51,306 nt of DNA from Verrucomicrobiota bacterium (lineage in GTDB: Bacteria > Verrucomicrobiota > Verrucomicrobiia > Limisphaerales > UBA11358): assembly GCA_049516755.1 (NCBI GenBank), contig JBEKSU010000001.1:1-51306 (forward strand), in the 5' to 3' direction. Each line of letters begins with the position of its first letter. Position 1 is the first letter of the stretch. This document shows positions 9,458 through 18,273 of the stretch, piece after piece. The notes under the pieces are model-generated. The model saw only the letters and a list, made by a program, of their open reading frames with translations, searched no databases and was not told where the DNA came from. The translations under genes and the position numbers were made by a program.

Positions 9458-11455
9458 TTAATTTGCCTGCCCGTCATGTCGCAGCGCAACCGCAGCGGAA
9501 CCGTTTGACTTTTCGCTTTTCAAAATCGCTTCGTATACATCATGGGCAATCGGCGCGCAGGTCGGACCGCCATAAGTGCCGCTTTCGACCATGACCACGA
9601 CGGCGTAGCGCGGATTTTCATACGGCGCAAACGAGGCAAACCAGGTGGTGCGGTCAATCTCCTGGTTATGCTCATTCATCACCTGCGCCGTGCCGGTCTT
9701 CCCGCAAATCTGCAGGCCGGGCACTTGTGCGGGCTGCCCGGTGCCTTCCACGGTTTCCGCCAGCATCGCGTCGCGCAAAATTTTTAAATTACGGGCGCTG
9801 ACGTCGAGATGATCTCGCACGAGACCGGTCGGGAAATTGGTCATGGCTTCGCCGGAAGCCGGGTCCTGCGGCTCGACGCGCTCGACCAGCCGCGGCCGGA
9901 GGACCGTGCCGCCGTTGGCGATGGCCGCATACGCGACGGCCATTTGCATCGGCGTCACGGCCATTTCACCCTGCCCGAAACAAATGTTTGCCGAGTCGCC
10001 ATCACGCCAGTCAGGGCCTTGCACCTGCTTCAACGTCGGGAAAATACCCTTCGTCTCTTGCCGCGTCGGCAGGCCGGTGCGTTCGCCAAAATGAAATTTC
10101 TCGGCCATGCGAACTACATTCTCAATTCCCGCGCGCAGGCCGACGGTGATGAAATAGGTATTGCTGGAGTAAATGATGGCGCGCCGGAAATTGTATTGGC
10201 CCGGCGGGGCCAGATCCGTGATGTGCCGCCGCCCGACATAGACATAACCCGGATTGTCAACAAGAGCGTCCGGATCCAAGCCGGCCTGGAGGGCGGCCAG
10301 CCCGACGATGGGTTTGAAAATCGAGCCGGGCGCGTAATTTTCATAAGTCGCGCGATTGCTTTGCGGACGCAATTTCGGGTCGTTCATCCACGCCGGTTCG
10401 TTGGAGGAATAATCCGGATTCATCGCCGGCGACGAAACCATCGCCAGCACATCCCCCGAGCGCACATCCATCACGACGACCGCCGCGCGCGCGTCCGCGC
10501 CCCGATGCGCCGCCAGCGAGCGTTCCGCCGCCAACTGGATGTCCAGGTCAAGTGTCAGCACGACGTTGTGGCCCGGTTCCGGCTGGCTCCACACGTTTTC
10601 GGTCTGGCGGTAGCCGAGATTGTTGACGAGCACGGCCTCCGTGCCCGGACGTCCGCGCAATTCCGCGTCGAACCCGGCCTCGACACCAACCTGGCCGCTG
10701 TAATCGGGCAGATAGTAATTGAAGTCGTAGGCATCCTCGCCTTCTTTGGAACTGTCGTCGCGCAGCACATAGCCGAGCAAATGCGCCGCCGTCGTGCCAA
10801 ACGGATAGGCGCGAACGGGCTGTAAATCCAGATCCACGCCCAAACCGCCATGGTATTGCTCCTCAAAACGCGCAACCTGGGCGTCATTGAGGTTGGGCAA
10901 CACCGTGTACGGCAGGGTCATCCGTGTTTCATAATTCTTTTCAAATTTTACCGGATCCAGTGTCAGCGGCTGGCCGAGCCGCTGGCCAACCTGGTTCACC
11001 AGATCGGCCGCCACGCGGAAGCGTGATTGTTCGCGAAGCTGTTTCAACTGGCCGGGCGTGAGCGCGAATTGTTTTCGTTCGGCCTTGGTCAGCGAACGGC
11101 CCAGTTTTTTTTCCTGCGCGGCGATGGCCAGTTTCTGGCCGGCCAGCGCCTGCGCCAGAGCCGCGCCATAGGCAACGTCGAAGGGCCGGCGCAGAACGTC
11201 GAAATAAAGGCTGAGGTTGTAGCTCGCACGATTTTCAGCCAGCACCCGGCCGTGACGGTCGAGAATTTTTCCGCGCACGGCGGGAATGCGGACGGTACGA
11301 TAGGATTGCGTCTCCAGGTGGCTTTCATATTTGCGGGCGGAAACGACCTGCACCCACCAAAGTCCCGCGAGCAAGACGAGCAGGCCGCCCGCCAGCACCA
11401 CCGCCACCAGGCGGAGCTGCGGGTCGTTGCGTTTCAGCTCGTCAAATATCAGCAT
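9458..11455 (-). CDS. mrdA: penicillin-binding protein 2 (elongasome transpeptidase)
   Basis: N-terminal anchor, RGKILDRHGRVLA, active-site SIFK (SxxK), SSN and KTGTA motifs. Confidence 0.9.
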   Translation of the reverse strand: MLIFDELKRNDPQLRLVAVVLAGGLLVLLAGLWWVQVVSARKYESHLETQSYRTVRIPAVRGKILDRHGRVLAENRASYNLSLYFDVLRRPFDVAYGAALAQALAGQKLAIAAQEKKLGRSLTKAERKQFALTPGQLKQLREQSRFRVAADLVNQVGQRLGQPLTLDPVKFEKNYETRMTLPYTVLPNLNDAQVARFEEQYHGGLGVDLDLQPVRAYPFGTTAAHLLGYVLRDDSSKEGEDAYDFNYYLPDYSGQVGVEAGFDAELRGRPGTEAVLVNNLGYRQTENVWSQPEPGHNVVLTLDLDIQLAAERSLAAHRGADARAAVVVMDVRSGDVLAMVSSPAMNPDYSSNEPAWMNDPKLRPQSNRATYENYAPGSIFKPIVGLAALQAGLDPDALVDNPGYVYVGRRHITDLAPPGQYNFRRAIIYSSNTYFITVGLRAGIENVVRMAEKFHFGERTGLPTRQETKGIFPTLKQVQGPDWRDGDSANICFGQGEMAVTPMQMAVAYAAIANGGTVLRPRLVERVEPQDPASGEAMTNFPTGLVRDHLDVSARNLKILRDAMLAETVEGTGQPAQVPGLQICGKTGTAQVMNEHNQEIDRTTWFASFAPYENPRYAVVVMVESGTYGGPTCAPIAHDVYEAILKSEKSNGSAAVALRHDGQAN

Positions 11456-11458
11456 GGG

Positions 11459-12016
11459 TTACAGGCGTCCCCGCCGGATTTCCCGGTCGGGACGAAAACT
11501 GGTTTCTGTCCTGGGTTGATAACCGAGCGCGCGGTTGGACCAGTTGAACAGCGCGAAAACAAACGGCGTGGCCGCCGCGCCGCCCGCAGTCATCACGATC
11601 CATTGCCAGATCGAACCCCAGCCCAGCAGGGGTTGTTTTCCGGCGGTCAACAAAAGCAACACGGTCAGCAACGGCACGATGGCGCTCGCCACGGTGCCCA
11701 GGACCAGTTGCGCAAACGACACCTCGCGCAATATCAGGTCGCGCCGCAGATAAATCAGGAATCCAACGGCAAAGAGCGGCAGGATGCTGATTCCGAGCGG
11801 GTTGGCCGACAGCGCGTCGAACCATAATCCGCCCAGCATGGCGAGCAACGAAACCGTTGCGATGTCCGCATTCAACGCTGCATACACCATCAGCACCGGC
11901 AGCAAATCCACCTGCGCGCCGAGCCAGTGGTGCAGGACGGGAAGCGTTGCTTCGCCAAACACCGCCAGAAACGCGGCGGCCAGTATCAGAATGGTTCGGA
12001 AAAGATTCATCTTCAC
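11459..12016 (-). CDS. mreD: rod shape-determining protein MreD
   Basis: Small 5-TM protein sitting between mreC and mrdA. 4-nt overlap with mreC. Confidence 0.75.
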   Translation of the reverse strand: MKMNLFRTILILAAAFLAVFGEATLPVLHHWLGAQVDLLPVLMVYAALNADIATVSLLAMLGGLWFDALSANPLGISILPLFAVGFLIYLRRDLILREVSFAQLVLGTVASAIVPLLTVLLLLTAGKQPLLGWGSIWQWIVMTAGGAAATPFVFALFNWSNRALGYQPRTETSFRPDREIRRGRL

Positions 12017-12816
12017 GGAAACAGCACCCAGACTTGATCGAGCGCGCCGAGATTCGCGGAAAGTTTCACACGCGCCTCGGTGTAAAGGCCGAATTCAACC
12101 GGACGCGAATCCACCACCTGGCCGATGGGAATGCCTTTCGGAAAAACGCCGCCGAGGCCGCTGGTGATGACGTTCTGGCCGGGTTTCAAACTCGCGTTGC
12201 CGGAAAGATAGGTCAAATCCACGAGCGATGTATCCAGCGGGCCGCTGGCGCTGAGGATGCCCGTGTCATGCGCCGGATTTTCAACGAGGGCGGAGACGTG
12301 GCAATTCGGGTCGCCGATCAAAACAACCTGCGAGCGGGTGAGGCCGACGGCTGAGACCCGGCCGACCAGACCTTCGGCGGTGAGCACGGGCAGATTTTCC
12401 CGCAGCCCGTCGCGGCTGCCGAGGTCAATCTGCAAGGTACGCCACCAATTGGCCGGGTCGCGCATGACGACGTTGGCGAGTTTGAGTTTCCACGGCGCCT
12501 GTTGCTGCCAGCCGAGCAGCAAATGGAGCTGGTCATTTTCTCGCGCGATGGCGGCAGTCTGCACGGCCAGGACCTTGTACTGATCATTTTCCCGGCGGAG
12601 CCGGTCGATTTGTTGAAGCAATTCGCGGCGGGGCAGAACGCTGTCGGCGAGGTCGGCGGGGAGTTGTTGGGTGATGTTGGCCAGCCCGAACAGCGGCAGA
12701 AACAAACTGCCGATGGTGAGCTTAAGATGGGCGGTCACGCGCGGCGGCAGGCTGAGAATCAGCAGTGCCAGCAGCGTCACCGCGCCGAGCGCGAGATAAT
12801 TTTTTTTCCTAAACAT
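12013..12816 (-). CDS. mreC: rod shape-determining protein MreC
   Basis: N-terminal anchor, coiled-coil (RRENDQYKVL), beta-barrel motifs (GLVGRVSAVG, VITSGLGGVFPKGIPIG). Confidence 0.85.
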   Translation of the reverse strand: MFRKKNYLALGAVTLLALLILSLPPRVTAHLKLTIGSLFLPLFGLANITQQLPADLADSVLPRRELLQQIDRLRRENDQYKVLAVQTAAIARENDQLHLLLGWQQQAPWKLKLANVVMRDPANWWRTLQIDLGSRDGLRENLPVLTAEGLVGRVSAVGLTRSQVVLIGDPNCHVSALVENPAHDTGILSASGPLDTSLVDLTYLSGNASLKPGQNVITSGLGGVFPKGIPIGQVVDSRPVEFGLYTEARVKLSANLGALDQVWVLFP

Positions 12817-12910
12817 CCTGCCAGTCCCGGCAAACGTGCCGGGGCGCGCAGGTGAACGCGCGGGCCTTCACCCCGCCAGGGGGAGCATTGGGCCACGCAA
12901 AGGCGGGAAA

Positions 12911-13939
12911 TCAATATTTGGCGTTGGTCGCGACGCGCTTGAGGAATTCGATTTCCTGCAAGACGCGGCCGGTGCCTTCGGCAACGGCGCTCATGGGGTC
13001 GTCCGCGAGGTGGACCGGGAGGCCGGTTTCCTCGGCCACCAGCCGGTCTATGCCGCGCAACAGCGAGCCGCCGCCGGCCATGACCAGGCCGCGATCCACA
13101 AGGTCGGCGGCGAGTTCGGGCGGACAGCGTTCCAGCGTGAGGCGGACGGACTCCAAAATGCTCGACAGCGGTTCTTGCAACGCTTCGCGAATTTCCTCGG
13201 AACGGATGGTCAAGGTTTTGGGCAGGCCGGAACCCAGGTCGCGGCCTTTGACATCCATGGTCAATTCCTGTTCCAACGGAAACGCGGAGCCGATGCGTAT
13301 CTTGATTTCTTCCGCGGTGCGTTCACCTATCAACATGTTGTAGGCGCGTTTCATGTGCGCAGTGATCGTTTCATCAAATTCGTCTCCGCCCACCCGCAGG
13401 CTGCGGCAGAAGACGATGCCGGCGAGGGAAATGATTGCGATTTCGCAAGTCCCGCCGCCGATGTCCACGATCATGTTGCCCGCCGGCTCATGCACCGGCA
13501 AACCGACGCCGATGGCTGAGGCCATCGGTTGCTCAATTAAATACACCTCCCGCGCGCCAGCGTGGGTGGCGGAATCTTTGACGGCCCGTTTTTCCACTTC
13601 CGTGATGCCCGAAGGCACTGCGACCACGACTCGTGGCGCAATCAATTTCCGATGGTGAACCTTTTGGATGAAGTGGCGGAGCATGGCCTCGGTGATTTCG
13701 AAGTCGGCGATCACGCCGTCCTTCATGGGCCGGATGGCCACGATGTTGCCGGGCGTGCGGCCCAGCATTCGTTTGGCTTCCGCGCCGACGGCCAGCACGT
13801 TGGTTGTGCCCGCCTGGATGGCTACAACTGAAGGTTCGCGCAGGACGATTCCGCGGTCCCGCACATAGACGAGGGAGTTGGCTGTGCCCAGGTCTATTCC
13901 AATATCGTTGGAAAACAGGCTTTTGAATTGCGCAAACAT
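12911..13939 (-). CDS. mreB: rod shape-determining actin homologue MreB
   Basis: [46 protein letters not shown] and [15 protein letters not shown] are canonical MreB motifs. Confidence 0.95.
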   Translation of the reverse strand: MFAQFKSLFSNDIGIDLGTANSLVYVRDRGIVLREPSVVAIQAGTTNVLAVGAEAKRMLGRTPGNIVAIRPMKDGVIADFEITEAMLRHFIQKVHHRKLIAPRVVVAVPSGITEVEKRAVKDSATHAGAREVYLIEQPMASAIGVGLPVHEPAGNMIVDIGGGTCEIAIISLAGIVFCRSLRVGGDEFDETITAHMKRAYNMLIGERTAEEIKIRIGSAFPLEQELTMDVKGRDLGSGLPKTLTIRSEEIREALQEPLSSILESVRLTLERCPPELAADLVDRGLVMAGGGSLLRGIDRLVAEETGLPVHLADDPMSAVAEGTGRVLQEIEFLKRVATNAKY

Positions 13940-14125
13940 GAATTTGCCTAACGGGGCACAGTTAATCCATTATGCCCCAAAAGGTCAAGCAGCGAATAAA
14001 TGGCCTGTCAGGCCGCAGTTCGAAATGCATCATGGAACGACATGCTTCAGCCCGCCTTCACGTTGCACACTGCGGCGCGGCAGCCCCGAACTCCGAAGGG
14101 CTTCGCGAGCAGGCGCGTTCGGGGT

Positions 14126-14202
14126 TGGTGCCAGCGACTGGAATCGAACCAGTGACCTCGGGCTTATGAGTCCCACGCTCTAACCAACTGAGCTACGCTG
14201 GC
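14126..14202 (-). tRNA. tRNA with CAU anticodon (Met; Ile2/lysidine identity not excluded), CCA encoded
   Basis: The reverse complement reads GCCAGCGTAGCTCAGTTGGTTAGAGCGTGGGACTCATAAGCCCGAGGTCACTGGTTCGATTCCAGTCGCTGGCACCA. It has a 7-bp acceptor stem, a T-loop GGTTCGATTCC and an anticodon loop CTCATAA. Confidence 0.85.
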
Positions 14203-14220
14203 AACCGAGACCGGCATTAC

Positions 14221-14248
14221 ATTCTGCGCACAAACCGCGCGCTGTCAA
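14221..14248 (-). promoter_or_regulatory. candidate sigma70 promoter for the tRNA
   Basis: Minus strand TTGACA-16 nt-CAGAAT, ending about 18 nt upstream of tRNA position 1. Confidence 0.3.
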
Positions 14249-14425
14249 ATCTGAACCACAACCGCCGAAAACCGGCCGGGCGAGGCGACCGAACGTTTTT
14301 ACCCTGCGCCTGCCGGATTCAAATTGGCGAACGAGTTTTCTCGCGTCGCGTTTCCGGAACAAACCCGGCATTGTTGTGATTCCGGCGCCGAAGGAAGACC
14401 GTGGTGGTGGTGGTGGGATTGTCGC

Positions 14426-15253
14426 TTACGGCAGGGGGGTTACCGTGATCTGGGCGGCAGTTCTGAGGTTATCCATGAATGTCTGCAACTGCTGATTATA
14501 TTGATCCCGCGTTTGAGCTGCCAGTTGCTTTCGAATTTGGATGTCAATTTCCTGCCAGGCTGCCTGGCGGGCTTGTGGGTCGGCGGGGAGTTCTCCCAAT
14601 TCTGAAATGTGATTCTGATAATACTGTTCAACTTGATCGGGAGTCACATTGGGGGTCGCGCCCGCCTGCTCCATAAGAGAAGTTTGCAACATAAATGCCT
14701 GCGCATCCCGAAGCTCAAACTCGATCTCGGCAGCGTTCACCGTCAGTTTGCTGACGAGGCCCGGTTCCGGTTGCTCTCGCAACGCCTGCAATTTTGCCAA
14801 CTGCTCATCCTGGGCCTGGTTCAGGGTGATGCCTTGCGCCTTGGCAGCCTGTAAGGTCAATTCGCGATTGATGGCGCGTTGGAGGAAATAATCGTACGTC
14901 ACCGAATCAATTTTTTGTTCCACCTCTGAATTGGTTGATGGGAGCGGCATCAAGTCCCCAAGGGTGATGGACGTGCCATTGACCGTTGCCAGCACTTGAT
15001 TCGGGCGTGCCAGAAATATTCTGTTGTTGGACTGACTTTTGCCGCTTTGGAATCGCTCCGCGGTTTGGTTTGGGTGATTCGCCCCGCCTTTGGCTTCAAC
15101 GGCCCGGGAAGGCGCCGTTGTCCGACCTTGAAAATGCCAATATACCAGCAGCACGGTCACCGCCGTTGCGAGCGCCAACAGCAGCCAGATCGAATTGCGG
15201 CCTCTCATCTTGCCTTGAATCAATTCCTTGCCATCAAAATTCCGTCCTGGCAC
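14426..15253 (-). CDS. membrane-anchored periplasmic protein resembling the SurA N-terminal chaperone domain (no PPIase domain seen)
   Basis: Anchor IWLLLALATAVTVLLVYW. VLATVNGTSITLGDL...YDYFLQRAINRELTLQAAKAQGITL is typical of SurA_N-like proteins. The start may instead be at 15208. Confidence 0.45.
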   Translation of the reverse strand: MPGRNFDGKELIQGKMRGRNSIWLLLALATAVTVLLVYWHFQGRTTAPSRAVEAKGGANHPNQTAERFQSGKSQSNNRIFLARPNQVLATVNGTSITLGDLMPLPSTNSEVEQKIDSVTYDYFLQRAINRELTLQAAKAQGITLNQAQDEQLAKLQALREQPEPGLVSKLTVNAAEIEFELRDAQAFMLQTSLMEQAGATPNVTPDQVEQYYQNHISELGELPADPQARQAAWQEIDIQIRKQLAAQTRDQYNQQLQTFMDNLRTAAQITVTPLP

Positions 15254-15319
15254 CCCCGGCTTGCGCTGAGTTTTCCCTGCTGTCGCAATTCTCCATCAGC
15301 GCCAGGACGGCGACGGTTG

Positions 15320-17935
15320 TTACTTGCTCTCTAAAATGACATCTTCCATGCCCACCGGCAGACCCGGCGAACTGTTATATTCGACCCACACACATGAGCG
15401 GAAGAATAAATCACTGTTTATCGTTCCAGCTTGAAAGCTGCTCGTATTCAGATTGTATTGGAACTCGCCGTTATTCGGCACCATGATTCCGCCCGGGCTG
15501 CCAATGCAAACATAGTTCTGCGGCACATCGTTGACCAAAACGGAACTGCTGTAAGTGCCCTCACGTTCCGTGACGTCAATATGCACCGTGACATAGGGCC
15601 CCTCCTGTGAGGTAACGTCATTGCCGTTGCAATCCAACAATCGAACTTTGTGGCATACCACATCACCAACCTTGAACTGCGTGATGATCTCCGTCGTGGA
15701 GGGATCGTCCGGACAGTTCATGTCGGAGAAGCCGGCGTCCGGCTCAGCCGTGTTGTCATCCAGATTGTCATCCGGCGGCGTGTCAAACACCACCTGCAGC
15801 GGCGACAAGACCGTGAGGTTGAACGTGCATTCATTGGTGTTGCCGCTCGAGTCGGTCGCCACGGCGGTCACGGGATATACTCCCGGCCCCAGTATGCTGC
15901 CGGGCGGCGGTGTGCAGACCACCGACACCGATTTGCCGCAATTATCAACCGCCAGTGGCGGTGTAAACTCAACCGCACCCAGGCAAACGGCTCCCATGCC
16001 GAGATTGGCGCGTTTGCATGGACTCAAGACGCCGGTGCAATCCGGTTGCAAATTCCTGCCACACAAATACCAGCCTTGGCCGCAGGCGCCACAAGTCAAG
16101 AATGGCTTGAAGTTTTCACACGAACCAGCGGGATCCGAATTTTTCCAGCAACTGCTACGATTGTCGTCCACCGGTTTGACACCGCACAAATTGCAATTGG
16201 TGTTCAAGGTTGTCTCCACGACGGCACCCCACTGCCACTGAATTGTCACGCCGGGCGTGTCAACGGCGAACCGTCCACACCACGTTGCCGTGTTGATCTG
16301 ACAGCGGCTCTTGCACGGATTCATATTGTCCTTGCCCCAACAATAACCGGAGAAGCGGCAGTTTATATTGTTATTCAAGCTGAAGGGAACCTGCCAGGAC
16401 AGTCCGGACAGGAAGGTATTTCCGCAAAGACCGGGCTTTGAAATCGTGATCCATTGCCCGTTGGTGAACGTGGTGGTTGCAGTGGCCACGCCGTTCGAGA
16501 ACGTCACATAAGCGTCCGGCACAGCCAGGGAAATATTGGTGTTGTCAATCTGCAGTTGAATGGTCTGATCAAAAACATGCACCGTGAAGGAACCTTTGCT
16601 GTAACACGAAGGATTTTGTATCACGCTGCTGAACCAGATATAATTGTTCGAAACAATGCACGGGTTGTTAAAATTCACACTGATGCAACTCAGGGCATTG
16701 GTGAGGATTGGCTTGAAGGTGGCAGTCTGGTCGCTGCAGAACAGCGTGGGCGGCTGAGCGTCAATCACCAGCACCGGCGTTTGACATTGCGACGAATTAC
16801 CCCGCCCGTCATCGGCCGTGACCGTAATGAGATTCGTTCCCGTCACGTCCACTGGAAATTCCCCTTGCAACATTCCATTGCCCAGGTTGGTGAGAATAAT
16901 GGTGGCGCCATTCTCGTCAATGGCGCTCACGTTCACTGTGTCAATGCCGCCACAGCAATCTGTTGCCGTCGGTATCGGGAATGTGAACGTTGCATAGCAC
17001 TCATTCAAATCATTGGTCAGAACGATTGAGCCGCCGCCCGCTCCGCACTGAACCACTGGATTGTTCGTATCCGCAAACTCGGGCGGCATCGTGTCCTGAA
17101 CGGTGATGTTAAAAGTGCAGACATTCGTATTGCCGGACGCATCCATGGCCACGCAGGTCACCACATAATTGGTGGAATTGGCGGGCGGCGGCGGAAGGGC
17201 GAAGAAGCTGCCCGATGGCGGAGTGCAAACCACCGTCGGATTCGGGTCACAATTGTCCGTCACCACTGGTGTGGAATAACTGACATACGCCCCGGCCAAT
17301 CCGTTGGTATAATGGCATTGGGTCGTGATGTCCGGCGGACAACTGATTGTCGGCGGTGTGGTGTCTTCCGAACCAATGGTGCATTTGGCCTGGCCGTTGA
17401 AATTTGTCGTAAAATCATTGTTGAAGGTCGAGGCCCCGCTCACCACCTGAACGGCGATGTTCCCGCAAAATAAACTGGCGAGCGGCCCGCCATTGGGCGT
17501 GAAGCGAAAATCATATTGACCCGATGATCCTGCCAGATAACCGAATCCAATCACCTGGCCGGTCAACAACACGCCAGAGTAGGTATTGGTTACGCCCCCG
17601 ATGACTGCCGTTACGGTTCCGGACAAAACCAAATCATCGCCCCCATCCCCGGGTGCGCTACCTACCAGAGCCCCGGTGTTGTCCACGGCAATTTGGATTA
17701 GGAGACTCTTCGTACCGCTGATCGTCTTGGGGAGTGTCGCCTTGGCGAATATCACGGTCGTTGGGGCCGCGCTGATGGACAAAAGCTGATTCGTGGCCGT
17801 GTAAGCAAGGGCGTACGTGCTGGCACTATTGGCGCTGATCTCCGGATAGGTCAAAGAGACATTCAAGAGGCTGGCATATGAAGATGGCATCCATGTCAAA
17901 GTTGCCAGCATAACCAACATTATCTTTTGTTTCAT
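15320..17935 (-). CDS. secreted HYR-repeat / cysteine-rich surface protein
   Basis: Signal peptide MKQKIMLVMLATLTWMPSSYA. At least three HYR-like modules (VVCTPPSGSFF...VTCVAMDASGNTNVCTFNITV; VTADDGRGNSSQCQTPVLV; VVCTPPPGSILGPGVYPVTAVATDSSGNTNECTFNLTV). Central Cys-rich segment. Confidence 0.7.
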   Translation of the reverse strand: MKQKIMLVMLATLTWMPSSYASLLNVSLTYPEISANSASTYALAYTATNQLLSISAAPTTVIFAKATLPKTISGTKSLLIQIAVDNTGALVGSAPGDGGDDLVLSGTVTAVIGGVTNTYSGVLLTGQVIGFGYLAGSSGQYDFRFTPNGGPLASLFCGNIAVQVVSGASTFNNDFTTNFNGQAKCTIGSEDTTPPTISCPPDITTQCHYTNGLAGAYVSYSTPVVTDNCDPNPTVVCTPPSGSFFALPPPPANSTNYVVTCVAMDASGNTNVCTFNITVQDTMPPEFADTNNPVVQCGAGGGSIVLTNDLNECYATFTFPIPTATDCCGGIDTVNVSAIDENGATIILTNLGNGMLQGEFPVDVTGTNLITVTADDGRGNSSQCQTPVLVIDAQPPTLFCSDQTATFKPILTNALSCISVNFNNPCIVSNNYIWFSSVIQNPSCYSKGSFTVHVFDQTIQLQIDNTNISLAVPDAYVTFSNGVATATTTFTNGQWITISKPGLCGNTFLSGLSWQVPFSLNNNINCRFSGYCWGKDNMNPCKSRCQINTATWCGRFAVDTPGVTIQWQWGAVVETTLNTNCNLCGVKPVDDNRSSCWKNSDPAGSCENFKPFLTCGACGQGWYLCGRNLQPDCTGVLSPCKRANLGMGAVCLGAVEFTPPLAVDNCGKSVSVVCTPPPGSILGPGVYPVTAVATDSSGNTNECTFNLTVLSPLQVVFDTPPDDNLDDNTAEPDAGFSDMNCPDDPSTTEIITQFKVGDVVCHKVRLLDCNGNDVTSQEGPYVTVHIDVTEREGTYSSSVLVNDVPQNYVCIGSPGGIMVPNNGEFQYNLNTSSFQAGTINSDLFFRSCVWVEYNSSPGLPVGMEDVILESK

Positions 17936-18019
17936 AAAATTCCCTTTCTGAATTAATTGCGTTAACTCAGTTTTCTTTTGGGAGTTAACATTTCTACCAC
18001 TTCTGACTTCTGACGCGGA

Positions 18020-18048
18020 AGTCTAGCAACGCTCCGTGTGTGTGTCAA
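18020..18048 (-). promoter_or_regulatory. strong sigma70-type promoter for the HYR gene
   Basis: Minus strand TTGACA-17 nt-TAGACT. The spacer contains (CA)5, which is (GT)5 on the plus strand at 18036..18045. About 85 nt upstream of the ATG at 17935. Confidence 0.45.
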
Positions 18049-18273
18049 GCGCTTAACTTGTTTGGTAGTGTCCTAATAATCAGGATATTACCACTTGTTT
18101 CTGCGGCAGCGATGCGCTCCGGCGCACAATACGCCAAGGACGCCACCAACCAGCGTGAGCAAAATTTGGAAGGCTCGAGAACAACCGCAACTGATTCTGA
18201 GCCGGGTTGCCATTGGCGTAAACGGGTTCAAATCATCCATCGTTTTTTTGCCCGAACCGCTGGCTTGAACCCC

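Noticed and set aside
9809-10825. 338-aa plus-strand ORF, with similar ones at 6027..6935, 7380..8216, 7651..8355 and 8387..8968
   Set aside because: They are antisense to mrdA, rng and rodA, whose products carry canonical motifs. High-GC shadow ORFs.
14401-14415. (GTG)5 microsatellite just downstream of the SurA-N-like gene, giving the WWWWW ORF 14324..14605
   Set aside because: It is short and intergenic with no obvious promoter context. Noted only as a simple repeat.
13940-15320. tRNA-associated genomic island or integration site
   Set aside because: There is no integrase or recombinase next to the tRNA. I saw no direct repeat of the tRNA 3' half downstream. The flanking mreB operon is core. 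The lower GC of the following block is explained by the Asn/Thr/Ser-rich secreted proteins.
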